Sequence record: NC_052652.1
Source of the DNA: Escherichia phage vB_EcoM_PHB05
DNA length: 64,000 bases
Direction: 5' to 3' (one strand)
A program made the translations under genes and the position numbers. Shown one piece after another: positions 21,121 to 31,467 of the stretch (position 1 is its first letter; each line of letters opens with the position of its first letter). The notes under the pieces are model-generated. The model worked only from the letters and a program-made list of their open reading frames with translations. It was not told the origin of the DNA and ran no database searches.

Positions 21121-22101
21121 ATGGCAAAGCCACAATACTACCCTGACTGGGCGACACAAACAGTAACCCTCCCAGGAACGGGAAACACAAACAAGATTAG
21201 ACCAAAAGAAACCATCCGTAATGTCGGTATGGACTTTGGTCAGATTATGACTTGTGAAGAAATGAACTGGATCTTAAACAATATTGGGTCTTGGATTCGC
21301 TATATGCAAGATGAATTCTTCCCAACATTGCCTACTACATATCTTCCTATAGTCGGTACTAAAATTACAATGGCAGGTGATGCTACAGGTGAAGTTACAT
21401 GGAACGGTAATGCTGCTGTAACATTGTCTATTCAAGTCGTAGATAACAGCCATAATCACTTATCAGCTAACATTACAGACGCAACATCAAACCAAGTTGT
21501 AGGGAATGTCCTTGTTAAGCGTGATAATGGTGGTGCTATCTATGCAGGTGATATTTACACTTGTGGTACAGGTGCTACAGATCCTGCAACATTATTTTTT
21601 AGAAACTATAACGGACAAACAGTAGGCAATATGTCTTCTGAACCAGGTGCAGGTGGTCAACTCTATATTTATAGAATAAATCCATCTACTGGAGGAACAT
21701 CTTGTGGAGTTCGTTTGTATGATGCAGGTTATGTTTTAATAGACAATCCTCGTTCTAATTCTGGTCAAGACACTGGCAATGGTAATGCTCTTGTAAGATT
21801 AGATTATCTTAACTCAAGACTAAACTCATTGCAAAGTACATTGCAAAATAATATTAACAACGTTAATAGCAACTTGCAAGGCCAAATTAATAACATTAAC
21901 AATAGAGTTTCTTCTGTTGTGTCTTCTATCCGTCTAGGTACACGTATTAAAGCTGGTGTATCTGAATCTCCTTTCTATGCTGGTCACGTGATCACAGGCT
22001 GGGGTTTTGGTGATAAGAAAGAACTTCGTGGTGCTTGGTATTGGTCTGCTCCGCTACAATATTACATTAATGGTAGGTGGATAACAGTAACCAACGTTTA
22101 G
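21121..22101 (+). CDS. Tail fiber protein (putative)
   Basis: 326 aa; Asn-rich heptad-like segment LNSRLNSLQSTLQNNINNVNSNLQGQINNINNRVSSV typical of fiber shafts. Confidence 0.4.
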   Translation: MAKPQYYPDWATQTVTLPGTGNTNKIRPKETIRNVGMDFGQIMTCEEMNWILNNIGSWIRYMQDEFFPTLPTTYLPIVGTKITMAGDATGEVTWNGNAAVTLSIQVVDNSHNHLSANITDATSNQVVGNVLVKRDNGGAIYAGDIYTCGTGATDPATLFFRNYNGQTVGNMSSEPGAGGQLYIYRINPSTGGTSCGVRLYDAGYVLIDNPRSNSGQDTGNGNALVRLDYLNSRLNSLQSTLQNNINNVNSNLQGQINNINNRVSSVVSSIRLGTRIKAGVSESPFYAGHVITGWGFGDKKELRGAWYWSAPLQYYINGRWITVTNV

Positions 22102-22113
22102 TAAGGAGAACAC

Positions 22114-22665
22114 ATGAAAAAAGATGTTATTTACACTGGCTTTGAACTATATCAACCAGAATTGACAGAAGAAAATGTCATGTATCTTTCAATAGGTGCT
22201 GGTTTTCTTAAAGATAAAGATGGTAATGATTGGTACGAAATTCAGAAATATTTATCCAAAAATTACCCTGATGCCTATTTCTTAACTCTAGATCACAACA
22301 ATGTAGTTGTTGCAGCTACGAAAGATGTTTCTACATATTTTCCCGCTGGTCTTACTGTTCTTGTAACATACAATGTTCCAGATAAGATAGAAGAAGAAAG
22401 CAACCTAGGATCGTGGAGATATGACAATGGTAAGTTTGTTTCTCATAATGGGTTTGCAATAGAAGATGCCAACCTTAAAATGGAAAAAGAATTAACTTGG
22501 GCCACAAATCAAATATCTGCAATTCAAGATTTAGAGGAATTACAAGGTTTATCTGAAGAACAAAAAGATTGGTTAGGAAAAGTTAAACTATATCGTGCAA
22601 CACTGATTCAAATTAACGTTGAAGATGCACCTAATATAACTTGGCCTACAAGACCTAAGAAATAG
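22114..22665 (+). CDS. Hypothetical protein (tail fiber assembly candidate)
   Basis: 183 aa directly downstream of fiber gene. Confidence 0.3.
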   Translation: MKKDVIYTGFELYQPELTEENVMYLSIGAGFLKDKDGNDWYEIQKYLSKNYPDAYFLTLDHNNVVVAATKDVSTYFPAGLTVLVTYNVPDKIEEESNLGSWRYDNGKFVSHNGFAIEDANLKMEKELTWATNQISAIQDLEELQGLSEEQKDWLGKVKLYRATLIQINVEDAPNITWPTRPKK

Positions 22666-22674
22666 GGGTAATGT

Positions 22675-23016
22675 ATGGAGCTAACAGAAGTATGGGATAT
22701 CGCTAAAGAGGCGATTATCCCTCTTATTGGTGTAATCTGGGTGGTCTTCAAACAGAAGATAGATGATATAGCAAGTGATTTGGATAAAATGGAAGACAAA
22801 TACCGTGAACTAGAAAAGAAGTTGGTGTTTGTTGAATCCACTTATGCTACCAAAGCAGAACTTGCTCAAATGCTTAACCAGATCAACTCTACATTAATGG
22901 CAAATAATACTGCCTTAGAACAGAAAATTGAAAAAATAATGGATTTAAAAAATGCTCCTGTTCAATTAATGCTAGAGGAGATTACGAAGCGCACACAAAG
23001 TAAGGACAAAAATTAA
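22675..23016 (+). CDS. Hypothetical coiled-coil protein
   Basis: 113-aa ORF; stop overlaps next start. Confidence 0.35.
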   Translation: MELTEVWDIAKEAIIPLIGVIWVVFKQKIDDIASDLDKMEDKYRELEKKLVFVESTYATKAELAQMLNQINSTLMANNTALEQKIEKIMDLKNAPVQLMLEEITKRTQSKDKN

Positions 23017-25430
23017 TGGCGAATTTTCCAACATATCCTGCTACGACACTAGAACAAGGTGTTGATCTGGTTATATTCTCGTCTAACCAGATGCATGATG
23101 TTATTAACGGGGATGCTACAGCAACTGTAGAAACCGAAACAGGTTTAATACCTACACTGCGTAAAGCACTTGTTGATAACTTCTTCTTTAAGAGTCCTGT
23201 TGCTTGGTCAGCAGGATCAACTGAAACTGTATTTAACCAGTTACGTTATTTTGAAAACGGCATCTTGAGTGGGTACTACTATGCCCCATCTGCCACTACT
23301 GCGAACCCTGTACCTATGCAGGGTACACCTGTAGGAGACAGTAACTGGACTCTGTATGCTCTTAAAACTGAACAGTTAGCTTCAGATGTGTATCCTTGGT
23401 ATTTTAAAGGTGCTACAGGGTATGAGACAGAAATCAGTCCTCCTTATATCTTTGATAATGCTATTGTCACCATTAACGGTGTAATTCAGATTCAGGGTGA
23501 AGCATTTACTATCAAAGATAGTAAAATTATTCTGGCAGAACCATTAGGTTTAGATCCGTCTACTGGTCTACCTAACAAATTGTTTGCTTTTATTGGTAAA
23601 ACAACAGCCTCTACTTCTTACGTAGAGAAAAACCTTTTGTCATCTACCACTGGTGCAGCAATGGTTGGTCTTCCATCTGGAGGCAATCTGTTACAAGCTC
23701 AATACTTTGTAACGCCTGAGCAGTTTGGTGCAATTGGTGATGGAGTTACCGATGATACTCAAGCAATTCTAAAAACCATTACTTTCGCTAACACGAATAA
23801 CATTCAAGTACGTGCAGATAAGAATTATAGATTCACAAGCTCAATTGCTATGTCTGGTATTCGTTGGTATGGTGGTACATTCACTGGTAACGGTGGAACA
23901 ATGATTTCTACTGTGTCCTGTTGGATTGAAAACGTTCGCTTTGAAAAATGTTATGTTAAGATGTTAGGTGGTGATTGCCGATTCTATCGTAATATCTTCT
24001 CCAACGCAACATCTACAGCAGCATTCTTAATGCAAGCAATGACAAGTGAAGGTACGTTGGACTTCAGTTACAACGAGATGTATGGTTGTAAATATGCGAT
24101 CCTGCAACAAGGTACTGGAGAAGTAATGACCTATGGGCGTTACTCTAACAACTACATTCACGATATCAAAGGTGATGCTATTGAACTTAACGTAGTTCAA
24201 AGACACTACACTGAAGGTTTGATCATCGAGAATAACCACATTGCTAACGTAGATGCTTCTGGACAAGGTGCAAACTGGGGTATTGGTATTGGTGTAGCAG
24301 GTAGTGGCCCATATGGTGTTGATGCTCCTGATTCACAATATGTACGTAACTTCAGTATCGTTGGAAATAGAGTTTACAATTGCCGTCAATGTCTACACGT
24401 TGAAATGGGTAAAAACTTCACAATACGTGATAACGAAGTTTATCCTAACACAGCAGTTTCAACAGGTACAGGTTTAACTACTTGTGGTGTTGCATTATAC
24501 GGATGCCAAGACTTTGAAGTTGATGGTTTAACTGGTTATCTGCTTAATGATCCGTCTGTTTCAACACGCATGGTCTTTATTGACTGGGGTGTTAACGGTG
24601 GAAGATATGCGGGGCCACCAATTAACTTTACAATTAAGAATTTGGATATTCCAGAATCTTCGATTGAGATTGCAACGGCTGGATCAGACGCCTGGGAAAA
24701 CTCTACAATTGTTAGTAACATCAATTGTAATGATTTTAAATGGCGTGGGCTACCATCTAGCTCTACTTTTAATAATATTCGTTGCCGTAGTATTGACTTT
24801 ATTGGTCAACACGGAAGCGGAGAAGGAAGTGGTGGCGGTTTCTATGCTCGCAGCCAATTCACTTATATGAAGTGGGTAGGATGTACAGCACTTAGCGGAG
24901 ATGAAACAACAGTTTCTTTTGCTAAAATCTACACGGATCGTTGCGATCAGGTTGGAAATAACTTTGGTGTTCCAACTGCTGTTGATGGTACAGGTCATCG
25001 TGGGCCAGTCTTAACCACTATTTCTGAACAATATTTTACAGATTATGATGAATTCCCAGGTGGGCGTGACTTCCCTACTGGAACAGTTATTCATTGTGCA
25101 AGCGGTAAAAAACACGTTGTTACAGTAGGTGGTGCTTTCTTTAGTAATAAAGAGAAAATAAAAGCAACTGTTACAGGTCAAACCTATCTACAGTCTAATG
25201 CTTTAAACTGGGCTAGTAATGGCTACGCTAAAGCGGCAGGTACTAAGATTGTTATTCCAGGTGCAGGAGCAAATGGTGGCGATCTTGTGACAACTATAGC
25301 ACGTGCTACATATGTGACAAATAGTTTGTACACAATAGATATTGCAGATCCAATTGTAACACCTACAGCAGAGAATACACAAATTAAAGCTCTGAACCCT
25401 GTTACTTTTGTTACTGTCAATAATGCTTAA
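23016..25430 (+). CDS. Tailspike with pectate-lyase-like beta-helix (putative depolymerase)
   Basis: 804 aa; FGAIGDGVTDDTQAI motif characteristic of right-handed beta-helix glycosidase/lyase tailspikes. Confidence 0.55.
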   Translation: MANFPTYPATTLEQGVDLVIFSSNQMHDVINGDATATVETETGLIPTLRKALVDNFFFKSPVAWSAGSTETVFNQLRYFENGILSGYYYAPSATTANPVPMQGTPVGDSNWTLYALKTEQLASDVYPWYFKGATGYETEISPPYIFDNAIVTINGVIQIQGEAFTIKDSKIILAEPLGLDPSTGLPNKLFAFIGKTTASTSYVEKNLLSSTTGAAMVGLPSGGNLLQAQYFVTPEQFGAIGDGVTDDTQAILKTITFANTNNIQVRADKNYRFTSSIAMSGIRWYGGTFTGNGGTMISTVSCWIENVRFEKCYVKMLGGDCRFYRNIFSNATSTAAFLMQAMTSEGTLDFSYNEMYGCKYAILQQGTGEVMTYGRYSNNYIHDIKGDAIELNVVQRHYTEGLIIENNHIANVDASGQGANWGIGIGVAGSGPYGVDAPDSQYVRNFSIVGNRVYNCRQCLHVEMGKNFTIRDNEVYPNTAVSTGTGLTTCGVALYGCQDFEVDGLTGYLLNDPSVSTRMVFIDWGVNGGRYAGPPINFTIKNLDIPESSIEIATAGSDAWENSTIVSNINCNDFKWRGLPSSSTFNNIRCRSIDFIGQHGSGEGSGGGFYARSQFTYMKWVGCTALSGDETTVSFAKIYTDRCDQVGNNFGVPTAVDGTGHRGPVLTTISEQYFTDYDEFPGGRDFPTGTVIHCASGKKHVVTVGGAFFSNKEKIKATVTGQTYLQSNALNWASNGYAKAAGTKIVIPGAGANGGDLVTTIARATYVTNSLYTIDIADPIVTPTAENTQIKALNPVTFVTVNNA

Positions 25431-25433
25431 TTA

Positions 25434-25456
25434 AAAGGGGCGAAAGCCCCTTTATA
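25434..25456 (+). terminator. Rho-independent terminator
   Basis: aggggc-gaaa-gcccct hairpin followed by TTTAT. Confidence 0.45.
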
Positions 25457-25470
25457 AAAGGAGTAGTAAA

Positions 25471-27441
25471 GTGATTTTAACACGTCCAAATAGTGCCATT
25501 GCAGACATGGTAGAGTCTCGCTATAGAAAGCGTAGAAGTTTTGCAAGTGGTTTTACCTTAAGAGATGCTCGTGAAGCATTGCTCTTTGAAGCTGACGGTA
25601 ACTACTATCAGTGGAAAGGTTCTCTACCTAAAGTTGTACCTGCTAACTCTACTCCTACATCCACTGGAGGGATTTCAGATACAGCTTGGAAAAATGTGGG
25701 TAATGCAGATGACATTGCTCAAATAGAATCAGAATTAGATGCTATTGAAGCTGAAATTGAAGATCTTAGAGAATCCATCCCAGAAGCTGGTAAATCAGCT
25801 TACCAGATTGCCGTAGACAATGGTTTCCAAGGTACTGAGACACAGTGGTTGGCTTCTTTAAAAGGTGATCCAGGTGCTCCATTAAAGCTATTAGGGACAC
25901 TATCTAATACCAACCAATTACCTACAAGTGGAAACAATGCAGGGGATGCATGGATTGTAGGCGAGGATATGTATGCTTGGGATGGTACTGCTTGGAGAAA
26001 AGTAAACTCACAGGGGCCAGAAGGTAAATCTGCTTATGAAGTATGGCTTGCAGCAGGAAATGAAGGTACAGAACTAGATTATCTTGCTTCAATTAAAGGT
26101 GATAAAGGGGAGCCTGGCCCAGAGGGGCCACAAGGTGTGCCAGGTAACAATGCTAATGGTTTTGATTACCAAGGCGCAGCTAATTCCGTTTCAGATCTTC
26201 CTTCTGCATCTCATGGAAACACATCTCAAGCATGGAGTGTTGGTACATATCTATACGTGTCAAACGGTGTAGAATGGATCAATATGGGCGCTATAGTGGG
26301 GCCAAAAGGAGATAAAGGCGACAAAGGAGATAAGGGTAACACTGGTGATTCAGCTTATCAAGTCTGGTTAAATGCTGGTAACGTTGGTACTATTGACGAA
26401 TATATTGCCTCTCTGAAAGGAGAAAAAGGTGATAAGGGAGACAAGGGTGATCAAGGTGCACAGGGTATACAAGGCTTGACGGGGCCAACTGGTGCAGGGT
26501 TGACCATTATTGACATTCTGACTAGCACTTCTGAACTGCCACAAACTGGGGAAGATGGTGATGGTTATCTGATCAATAATGAACTTTGGGTCTGGTTGCA
26601 AGGAGCCACAGAGTGGACAAATGTTGGTCGTTTAGCTGGTACTCCAATCACTGCAAAAGGACACGTTGCGTTTGCAAGTGCGCTTCCTCCTACAGCCAAT
26701 TACGGTGATGCTTATCTGACGGAAGATACAGGTCATCTTTACATTTACACCTATAATGAACAAACTCAAACTGCTGAATATGTAGATATGGGTAGTTTGA
26801 AAGGTGATAAGGGTGAAAAAGGTGAGAAAGGTGACGCTGGTACTAACGGTACAGACGGTGCAACTTGGATTGTTAAAACAACAGATCCAATCTCTAGTGA
26901 TGGTAAACAAGGTGATTATGCCTTTAATATCTCCACTGGCGAAGTGTTCTTAAAAACATCTGCAACTGTCTGGACTTCTCAAGGTACACTACCTAGTATC
27001 ACAGATGCACCTAGTGATGGTAAGACTTATGCTCGTAAAGATGGGGCATGGGAAGAACTCACTAATTCTGTAGATGGTCAAGATATAGTTCCAACAAAAG
27101 TAACAACTAATTTTATAGAGGTTACAGCATATACCAATAATTCTGTTACAGGGGACTGGACACCTCCAGGAACACATAACATGAATGTGTTGAATCTTAC
27201 TGGTAACGCTACTATAAAAGCATGGCCTGGTGTCGAAGATAGTACAAAACCTAAACCATTCTCTGCAATAGTTTATCTTATCCAAGATGCCACTGGAGGT
27301 CGTACTGTTACTTTAGATCCATCTTACAAAGTAATTGGTTCCAGTGATATTAATACAGATCCTAACGGAGTAACAATACTACAACTAACATATTGTGGTG
27401 TTGGCGATTACGTGGATGCTATTGTTGCTAAACGCACATAA
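25471..27441 (+). CDS. Tail fiber with collagen-like G-X-Y repeats and phage-fiber repeats
   Basis: 656 aa; GDKGDKGDKG and GEKGDKGDKGDQGAQGIQG runs; three repeats of SAY..W...G..GT...Y.AS.KG. Confidence 0.6.
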   Translation: MILTRPNSAIADMVESRYRKRRSFASGFTLRDAREALLFEADGNYYQWKGSLPKVVPANSTPTSTGGISDTAWKNVGNADDIAQIESELDAIEAEIEDLRESIPEAGKSAYQIAVDNGFQGTETQWLASLKGDPGAPLKLLGTLSNTNQLPTSGNNAGDAWIVGEDMYAWDGTAWRKVNSQGPEGKSAYEVWLAAGNEGTELDYLASIKGDKGEPGPEGPQGVPGNNANGFDYQGAANSVSDLPSASHGNTSQAWSVGTYLYVSNGVEWINMGAIVGPKGDKGDKGDKGNTGDSAYQVWLNAGNVGTIDEYIASLKGEKGDKGDKGDQGAQGIQGLTGPTGAGLTIIDILTSTSELPQTGEDGDGYLINNELWVWLQGATEWTNVGRLAGTPITAKGHVAFASALPPTANYGDAYLTEDTGHLYIYTYNEQTQTAEYVDMGSLKGDKGEKGEKGDAGTNGTDGATWIVKTTDPISSDGKQGDYAFNISTGEVFLKTSATVWTSQGTLPSITDAPSDGKTYARKDGAWEELTNSVDGQDIVPTKVTTNFIEVTAYTNNSVTGDWTPPGTHNMNVLNLTGNATIKAWPGVEDSTKPKPFSAIVYLIQDATGGRTVTLDPSYKVIGSSDINTDPNGVTILQLTYCGVGDYVDAIVAKRT

Positions 27442-27444
27442 TCA

Positions 27445-27468
27445 AAGCCCCTTCGGGGGCTTATTATT
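27445..27468 (+). terminator. Rho-independent terminator
   Basis: agcccc-ttcg-ggggct hairpin followed by T-rich tract. Confidence 0.45.
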
Positions 27469-27480
27469 TAAGGAGATTAA

Positions 27481-30300
27481 ATGTATCCTATTCCTTTATT
27501 TATGTCAACAACATCAGCTTCAGTAGTAACAGCTACATCTATAACCACTTCCTCTATTGGTATTGCAATAGTTGGTAGTAAAAAGCAACTGACATACACA
27601 GTTTCACCAGAAGATGGTGCGTTATTTGATATAGCTTTTTCATCTTCAGATAATACCAAAATGGTTATAGATAATAATGGTATGATGGAGTTTGTTGCTG
27701 AAGGCGGTTTTGATGCAATAATGACAGCTAAAAATAATTTAGGTGCTGTCTTAACTGATCAATCTGGTGGCTATGCTTCAGAATTAAGTGTGTACACTGA
27801 AAGTCTGTCTGCTATGGATGCAGGAACTACTCAACAATTGGTTGCTACAATCAGTCCAGAAGGTGCTAAAGACCTTCCAGACATGGTGATTACGTACACC
27901 ACAACAGATCCAGAAGTAGCTACTGTAAGTCCTACAGGGTTAATAACTGCTCTTAAAGATGGTAGTTGCCGTATAGGTTGTACTGCAACTTATCAAGGAA
28001 CAGTGGTGGCCTCTGATAGTTCTTATTTAGGTGTTAATGCTGTTCCTGTTATTTCTAATGTAACAGCCGTGGCAAACAGCTATGGAGACATTCGTGTTGC
28101 TTGGGATGTAGCTGATCCGCTAGATGGTGATACTTATACTGTAGAAGTATTAGATTTAAGTAATAACAGTGTCCAGTGGACTACAACAACCACGAATACT
28201 CATGCTTACTTTGATATCTCTGACTCTATTCCTCTTTATGGGTTTGCTCCAACATACCTTAAAATTAGCGTTAAGAGCACCAAAGCAGCACCCGTTATCT
28301 TTAATAACTCAATAGCTACAGATGATTCGTTCATTAAAGAAGTTATTGTCTTTGCTGGACAAGATAACGTAAATGCACACTTTACAGAACTATCTGGTGC
28401 AAATAAAGCAGTAATGAGTAGCACAACAACCCGTAATGCATATGCTACGCAACGTGGTTTAGCAAATGCTGAAGTTCTTCCGTTAAATGCAGCTTCTGGA
28501 TCATCAGCAGCAGATAAATATGCAGATGATAAAGCCGGAACAGGTACACCAGACAACTACTGGTATGATCTGGATAACGCAGCAGATGGGCCATGCTTAA
28601 CTAATTTTATCACTAAAGTCACACCTTATGCAAGTAAGGTTAAAGCAATTATTTGGGGACAAGGTGAAAATGATGCTGTATCAGCATCTTCGACTGTTGC
28701 AGGTAGATACAGTAACACTACACGTTACCATGATGCTACGATAGCTATCTTTGATAAGATGCGTACAATAGTTCCTGCTTCTCAAGCAAAAATTGTTTGG
28801 CAGATCCTAGGACGTTCTTATCTATATGGTGTAGAAGTTAATGGTGTGGATTGGCAGAAATACAGAAATGTACAAAGAACCATCTCTACAGCACGTGACG
28901 ATGTTATCATTGGTTCTTGGGTGGATGGTGCTGAACGCTACAGTGGTTATGTTTATGAAGAAGGTATTGATGGTCGTATCCATTATATTTCTTCTGTATA
29001 CCAAACAGCAGCTACAAAACTTGCTAAATCAGCAGCAGACGGTACAGACTTAACATCAACATCACCTGTTTGGGTTGATATGGCTGTTCCAACTGGAGCA
29101 ACAGCTATTTCCCAAGCTAATCAAGATACAATTTTAGCATGGGATGCTCAAGGTTATAGTAAACACTACTTCCGTAATATTAACGTCTTAACAGCATCTG
29201 TATTAACTGAACAAACGCTTAATACGAACAGTTATACGTTTACCTATGCAGATCAAGTAGAACAATATGGTTTTGCAGCAGGTACTACGATATTTGATGT
29301 TGCATATTATGACGAAGCAAATGATGTGTTATCTCCTTTAGTACGTTTTAATGTTAGCGTTACAGCAGGAAAAGTAGAAGATAAACCTGTCGTGATGGAC
29401 TATGATTTGACGCAAGAAACTCTTCCATCAGATGTTAAGGTTAATGGTGGGAACTCTTTTGCTCGTGCCTCTGGAGATATACTTGTAGCCACTAACACCT
29501 TGGTTGCTCCGTTGGAGTATGTTGGTACTACCCCTGTAGGTAGACGTGTAACAGCTAACACAGCTACACAAATTTTTGTCAACAACGCCTTAACAAGTGC
29601 AAGCCCGTGGGTAAAGACCAACTTAACTGTTGCAGCTTCATCTGATAAATCTCCGGCTGGAACTACTGCTAATGTATTCAAATTAACTCCGACTACAACC
29701 TCTGGTAGTCATATCTTAACTGCAACATATACTAACGCGTACAACATATCTGCCGGACGTAACTGGTCTGCCTCTGTTTTCTTGAAAGCGAACGGGATTA
29801 CTAAGGCCAAACTAAGATTAAAAGCAGGAACTGAAGTTAATGAGGGTACTTTTGATTTAGCAGCAGGTACATTCACAGGAAGTGAAGCTAATATTATATC
29901 TATGGGCAACGGTTGGTATCGTGCTATTCTGCATAAAACAGGGATAGCCAAACAGTCCTCCATAAGTTTTGAAATAATTGCCTTGGATGCAACTGGTGCG
30001 GAGATTTTCGCTGGAGATGGTACTAGTAACCTTGCAGTTTGGTTGCCACAGCTTGAAGGTGCTTCTACAGGAGAAACATCAAAAGCTGGATCGCCTTATG
30101 TCTGCACATATCCTGGAAATTTAGGAGGAGTATCCTTCACTATACCAAGGAACGGACATACTGGTGTGGATGTTTACTATTCCAACGGAGACGTTGTTCG
30201 TGATGTATTCTCTGGCACAGCATCTACTTGGACAATAAACTACTCCAGCTTGTACGATTGGGGATCAGTCTTTATTACAGGTTTGAAATATTACGACTAA
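27481..30300 (+). CDS. Tail fiber/spike with SGNH-esterase-like segment
   Basis: 939 aa; N-terminal Ig-like region; central AIIWGQGENDA motif reminiscent of SGNH/sialate-O-acetylesterase-type hydrolases. Confidence 0.45.
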   Translation: MYPIPLFMSTTSASVVTATSITTSSIGIAIVGSKKQLTYTVSPEDGALFDIAFSSSDNTKMVIDNNGMMEFVAEGGFDAIMTAKNNLGAVLTDQSGGYASELSVYTESLSAMDAGTTQQLVATISPEGAKDLPDMVITYTTTDPEVATVSPTGLITALKDGSCRIGCTATYQGTVVASDSSYLGVNAVPVISNVTAVANSYGDIRVAWDVADPLDGDTYTVEVLDLSNNSVQWTTTTTNTHAYFDISDSIPLYGFAPTYLKISVKSTKAAPVIFNNSIATDDSFIKEVIVFAGQDNVNAHFTELSGANKAVMSSTTTRNAYATQRGLANAEVLPLNAASGSSAADKYADDKAGTGTPDNYWYDLDNAADGPCLTNFITKVTPYASKVKAIIWGQGENDAVSASSTVAGRYSNTTRYHDATIAIFDKMRTIVPASQAKIVWQILGRSYLYGVEVNGVDWQKYRNVQRTISTARDDVIIGSWVDGAERYSGYVYEEGIDGRIHYISSVYQTAATKLAKSAADGTDLTSTSPVWVDMAVPTGATAISQANQDTILAWDAQGYSKHYFRNINVLTASVLTEQTLNTNSYTFTYADQVEQYGFAAGTTIFDVAYYDEANDVLSPLVRFNVSVTAGKVEDKPVVMDYDLTQETLPSDVKVNGGNSFARASGDILVATNTLVAPLEYVGTTPVGRRVTANTATQIFVNNALTSASPWVKTNLTVAASSDKSPAGTTANVFKLTPTTTSGSHILTATYTNAYNISAGRNWSASVFLKANGITKAKLRLKAGTEVNEGTFDLAAGTFTGSEANIISMGNGWYRAILHKTGIAKQSSISFEIIALDATGAEIFAGDGTSNLAVWLPQLEGASTGETSKAGSPYVCTYPGNLGGVSFTIPRNGHTGVDVYYSNGDVVRDVFSGTASTWTINYSSLYDWGSVFITGLKYYD

Positions 30301-30302
30301 TA

Positions 30303-30332
30303 AAAAAGGAGCCATTAGGCTCCTTTTCTTTT
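30303..30332. terminator. Bidirectional terminator at convergence of the two transcription blocks
   Basis: ggagcc-atta-ggctcc hairpin flanked by A-tract (5') and T-tract (3'). Confidence 0.55.
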
Positions 30333-30335
30333 ATC

Positions 30336-30716
30336 TTAATCAGTGAAAATTACGCTCACATCTTCTTTAGAGAAGAGTTTATGATCTTCACCTTTTGTCT
30401 CAAGAGTTTCATACAGGTTAAGAAGTTCTGAAACATCTTTCTCTACCAGTTTCTTCAATGTTGCAATTTTCTGTTTGCGACTCTTAATACGTTCAGCTAC
30501 GACCTTACGTTGGTATCCAGCAGTACGATAACCTGAGAAAGTTACACCAGTAAGACTTGCAGTTACAGGATCGTAGTGACGTTCAATCTGAAATTTATTA
30601 AAAGGTACAGCGTCATCACGAATAATCTTACCGCCATTACTTACTTGACGAAGACCAGTAACTTGTTCCAGTCGTGCCATAGAAATCTTTGGAGACAGAC
30701 CAGAGTCCAGGTTCAT
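30336..30716 (-). CDS. Hypothetical protein
   Basis: ORF 30336..30767; start trimmed to internal Met (30716) to avoid overlap with methyltransferase gene; start uncertain. Confidence 0.3.
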   Translation of the reverse strand: MNLDSGLSPKISMARLEQVTGLRQVSNGGKIIRDDAVPFNKFQIERHYDPVTASLTGVTFSGYRTAGYQRKVVAERIKSRKQKIATLKKLVEKDVSELLNLYETLETKGEDHKLFSKEDVSVIFTD

Positions 30717-30723
30717 ACCGTTG

Positions 30724-31455
30724 TTAATCAGTGCTTTCAGGGTGATTTTGCTGTTCAGTGTACTCATTTAGTCGTTCCTCCGCTTGCTTAAAAATATTTA
30801 CATCGGCTTCACAGCCTAAGTATTCTCTACCTGTTAAAAGTGCCGCAACTTGTGTTGTTGCACTTCCAGAGAAGAAGTCTAAGACTACATCTCCTTCGTT
30901 GGTATGTATATTAATAAGGTCACAAAACAAAGTCAAGTGTTTTTGTGTTGGATGAAAACGATCTGCTCCTTGATAGATAGGATACTCAAACACACCCTTA
31001 TGGTAGGAAGCATTGAAGGTTGGCTTCGAACCTTTAACACAAACAATAGCCATCTCTTTAGCGTTACTAAGGTAGTTAACACCACTATTGATGGGTACAG
31101 GGTTTGTTTTAATCCATTCAATAGTACGGAACATACGAAAACCAAGCGGTTCAAGGATTTCACGTAGCTCCTGGATCTTCCAGATATCATACCAAACTAT
31201 GCAAGTACCACCTTTTCTAAGCACCCTATAGGCTTCTTTGAATACTTCTTTAAAGTAAGGAATATCTACAACGTCCCAGTCACCAAAGTTGTAAGATACA
31301 CGGAATCTATCCGTATTTTTTCCAGTAGGCTCTCCAGATTGAAAATTTGTGTCACGAGAAATAGCATATGGTGGGTCAGTAAGAATCAAATCTACACTAT
31401 TGCTTTCGAGGGTTTGCAGGTAGTTTAATGCAGTGTTGTTTACAAATTCGCTCAT
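30724..31455 (-). CDS. DNA methyltransferase, beta-class amino-MTase (N6-adenine or N4-cytosine)
   Basis: DPPY catalytic motif near N-terminus and FFSGSATT AdoMet-binding motif near C-terminus; GAAGGAGA RBS. Confidence 0.7.
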   Translation of the reverse strand: MSEFVNNTALNYLQTLESNSVDLILTDPPYAISRDTNFQSGEPTGKNTDRFRVSYNFGDWDVVDIPYFKEVFKEAYRVLRKGGTCIVWYDIWKIQELREILEPLGFRMFRTIEWIKTNPVPINSGVNYLSNAKEMAIVCVKGSKPTFNASYHKGVFEYPIYQGADRFHPTQKHLTLFCDLINIHTNEGDVVLDFFSGSATTQVAALLTGREYLGCEADVNIFKQAEERLNEYTEQQNHPESTD

Positions 31456-31467
31456 TATATCTCCTTC

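Noticed and set aside
26290-26500. Short-period DNA repeats (ggtgataagggagacaag-like) that could be mistaken for a CRISPR or satellite array
   Set aside because: They are in-frame codons for collagen-like GDKGDKG tripeptide repeats within the tail fiber gene, with no spacer-repeat architecture.
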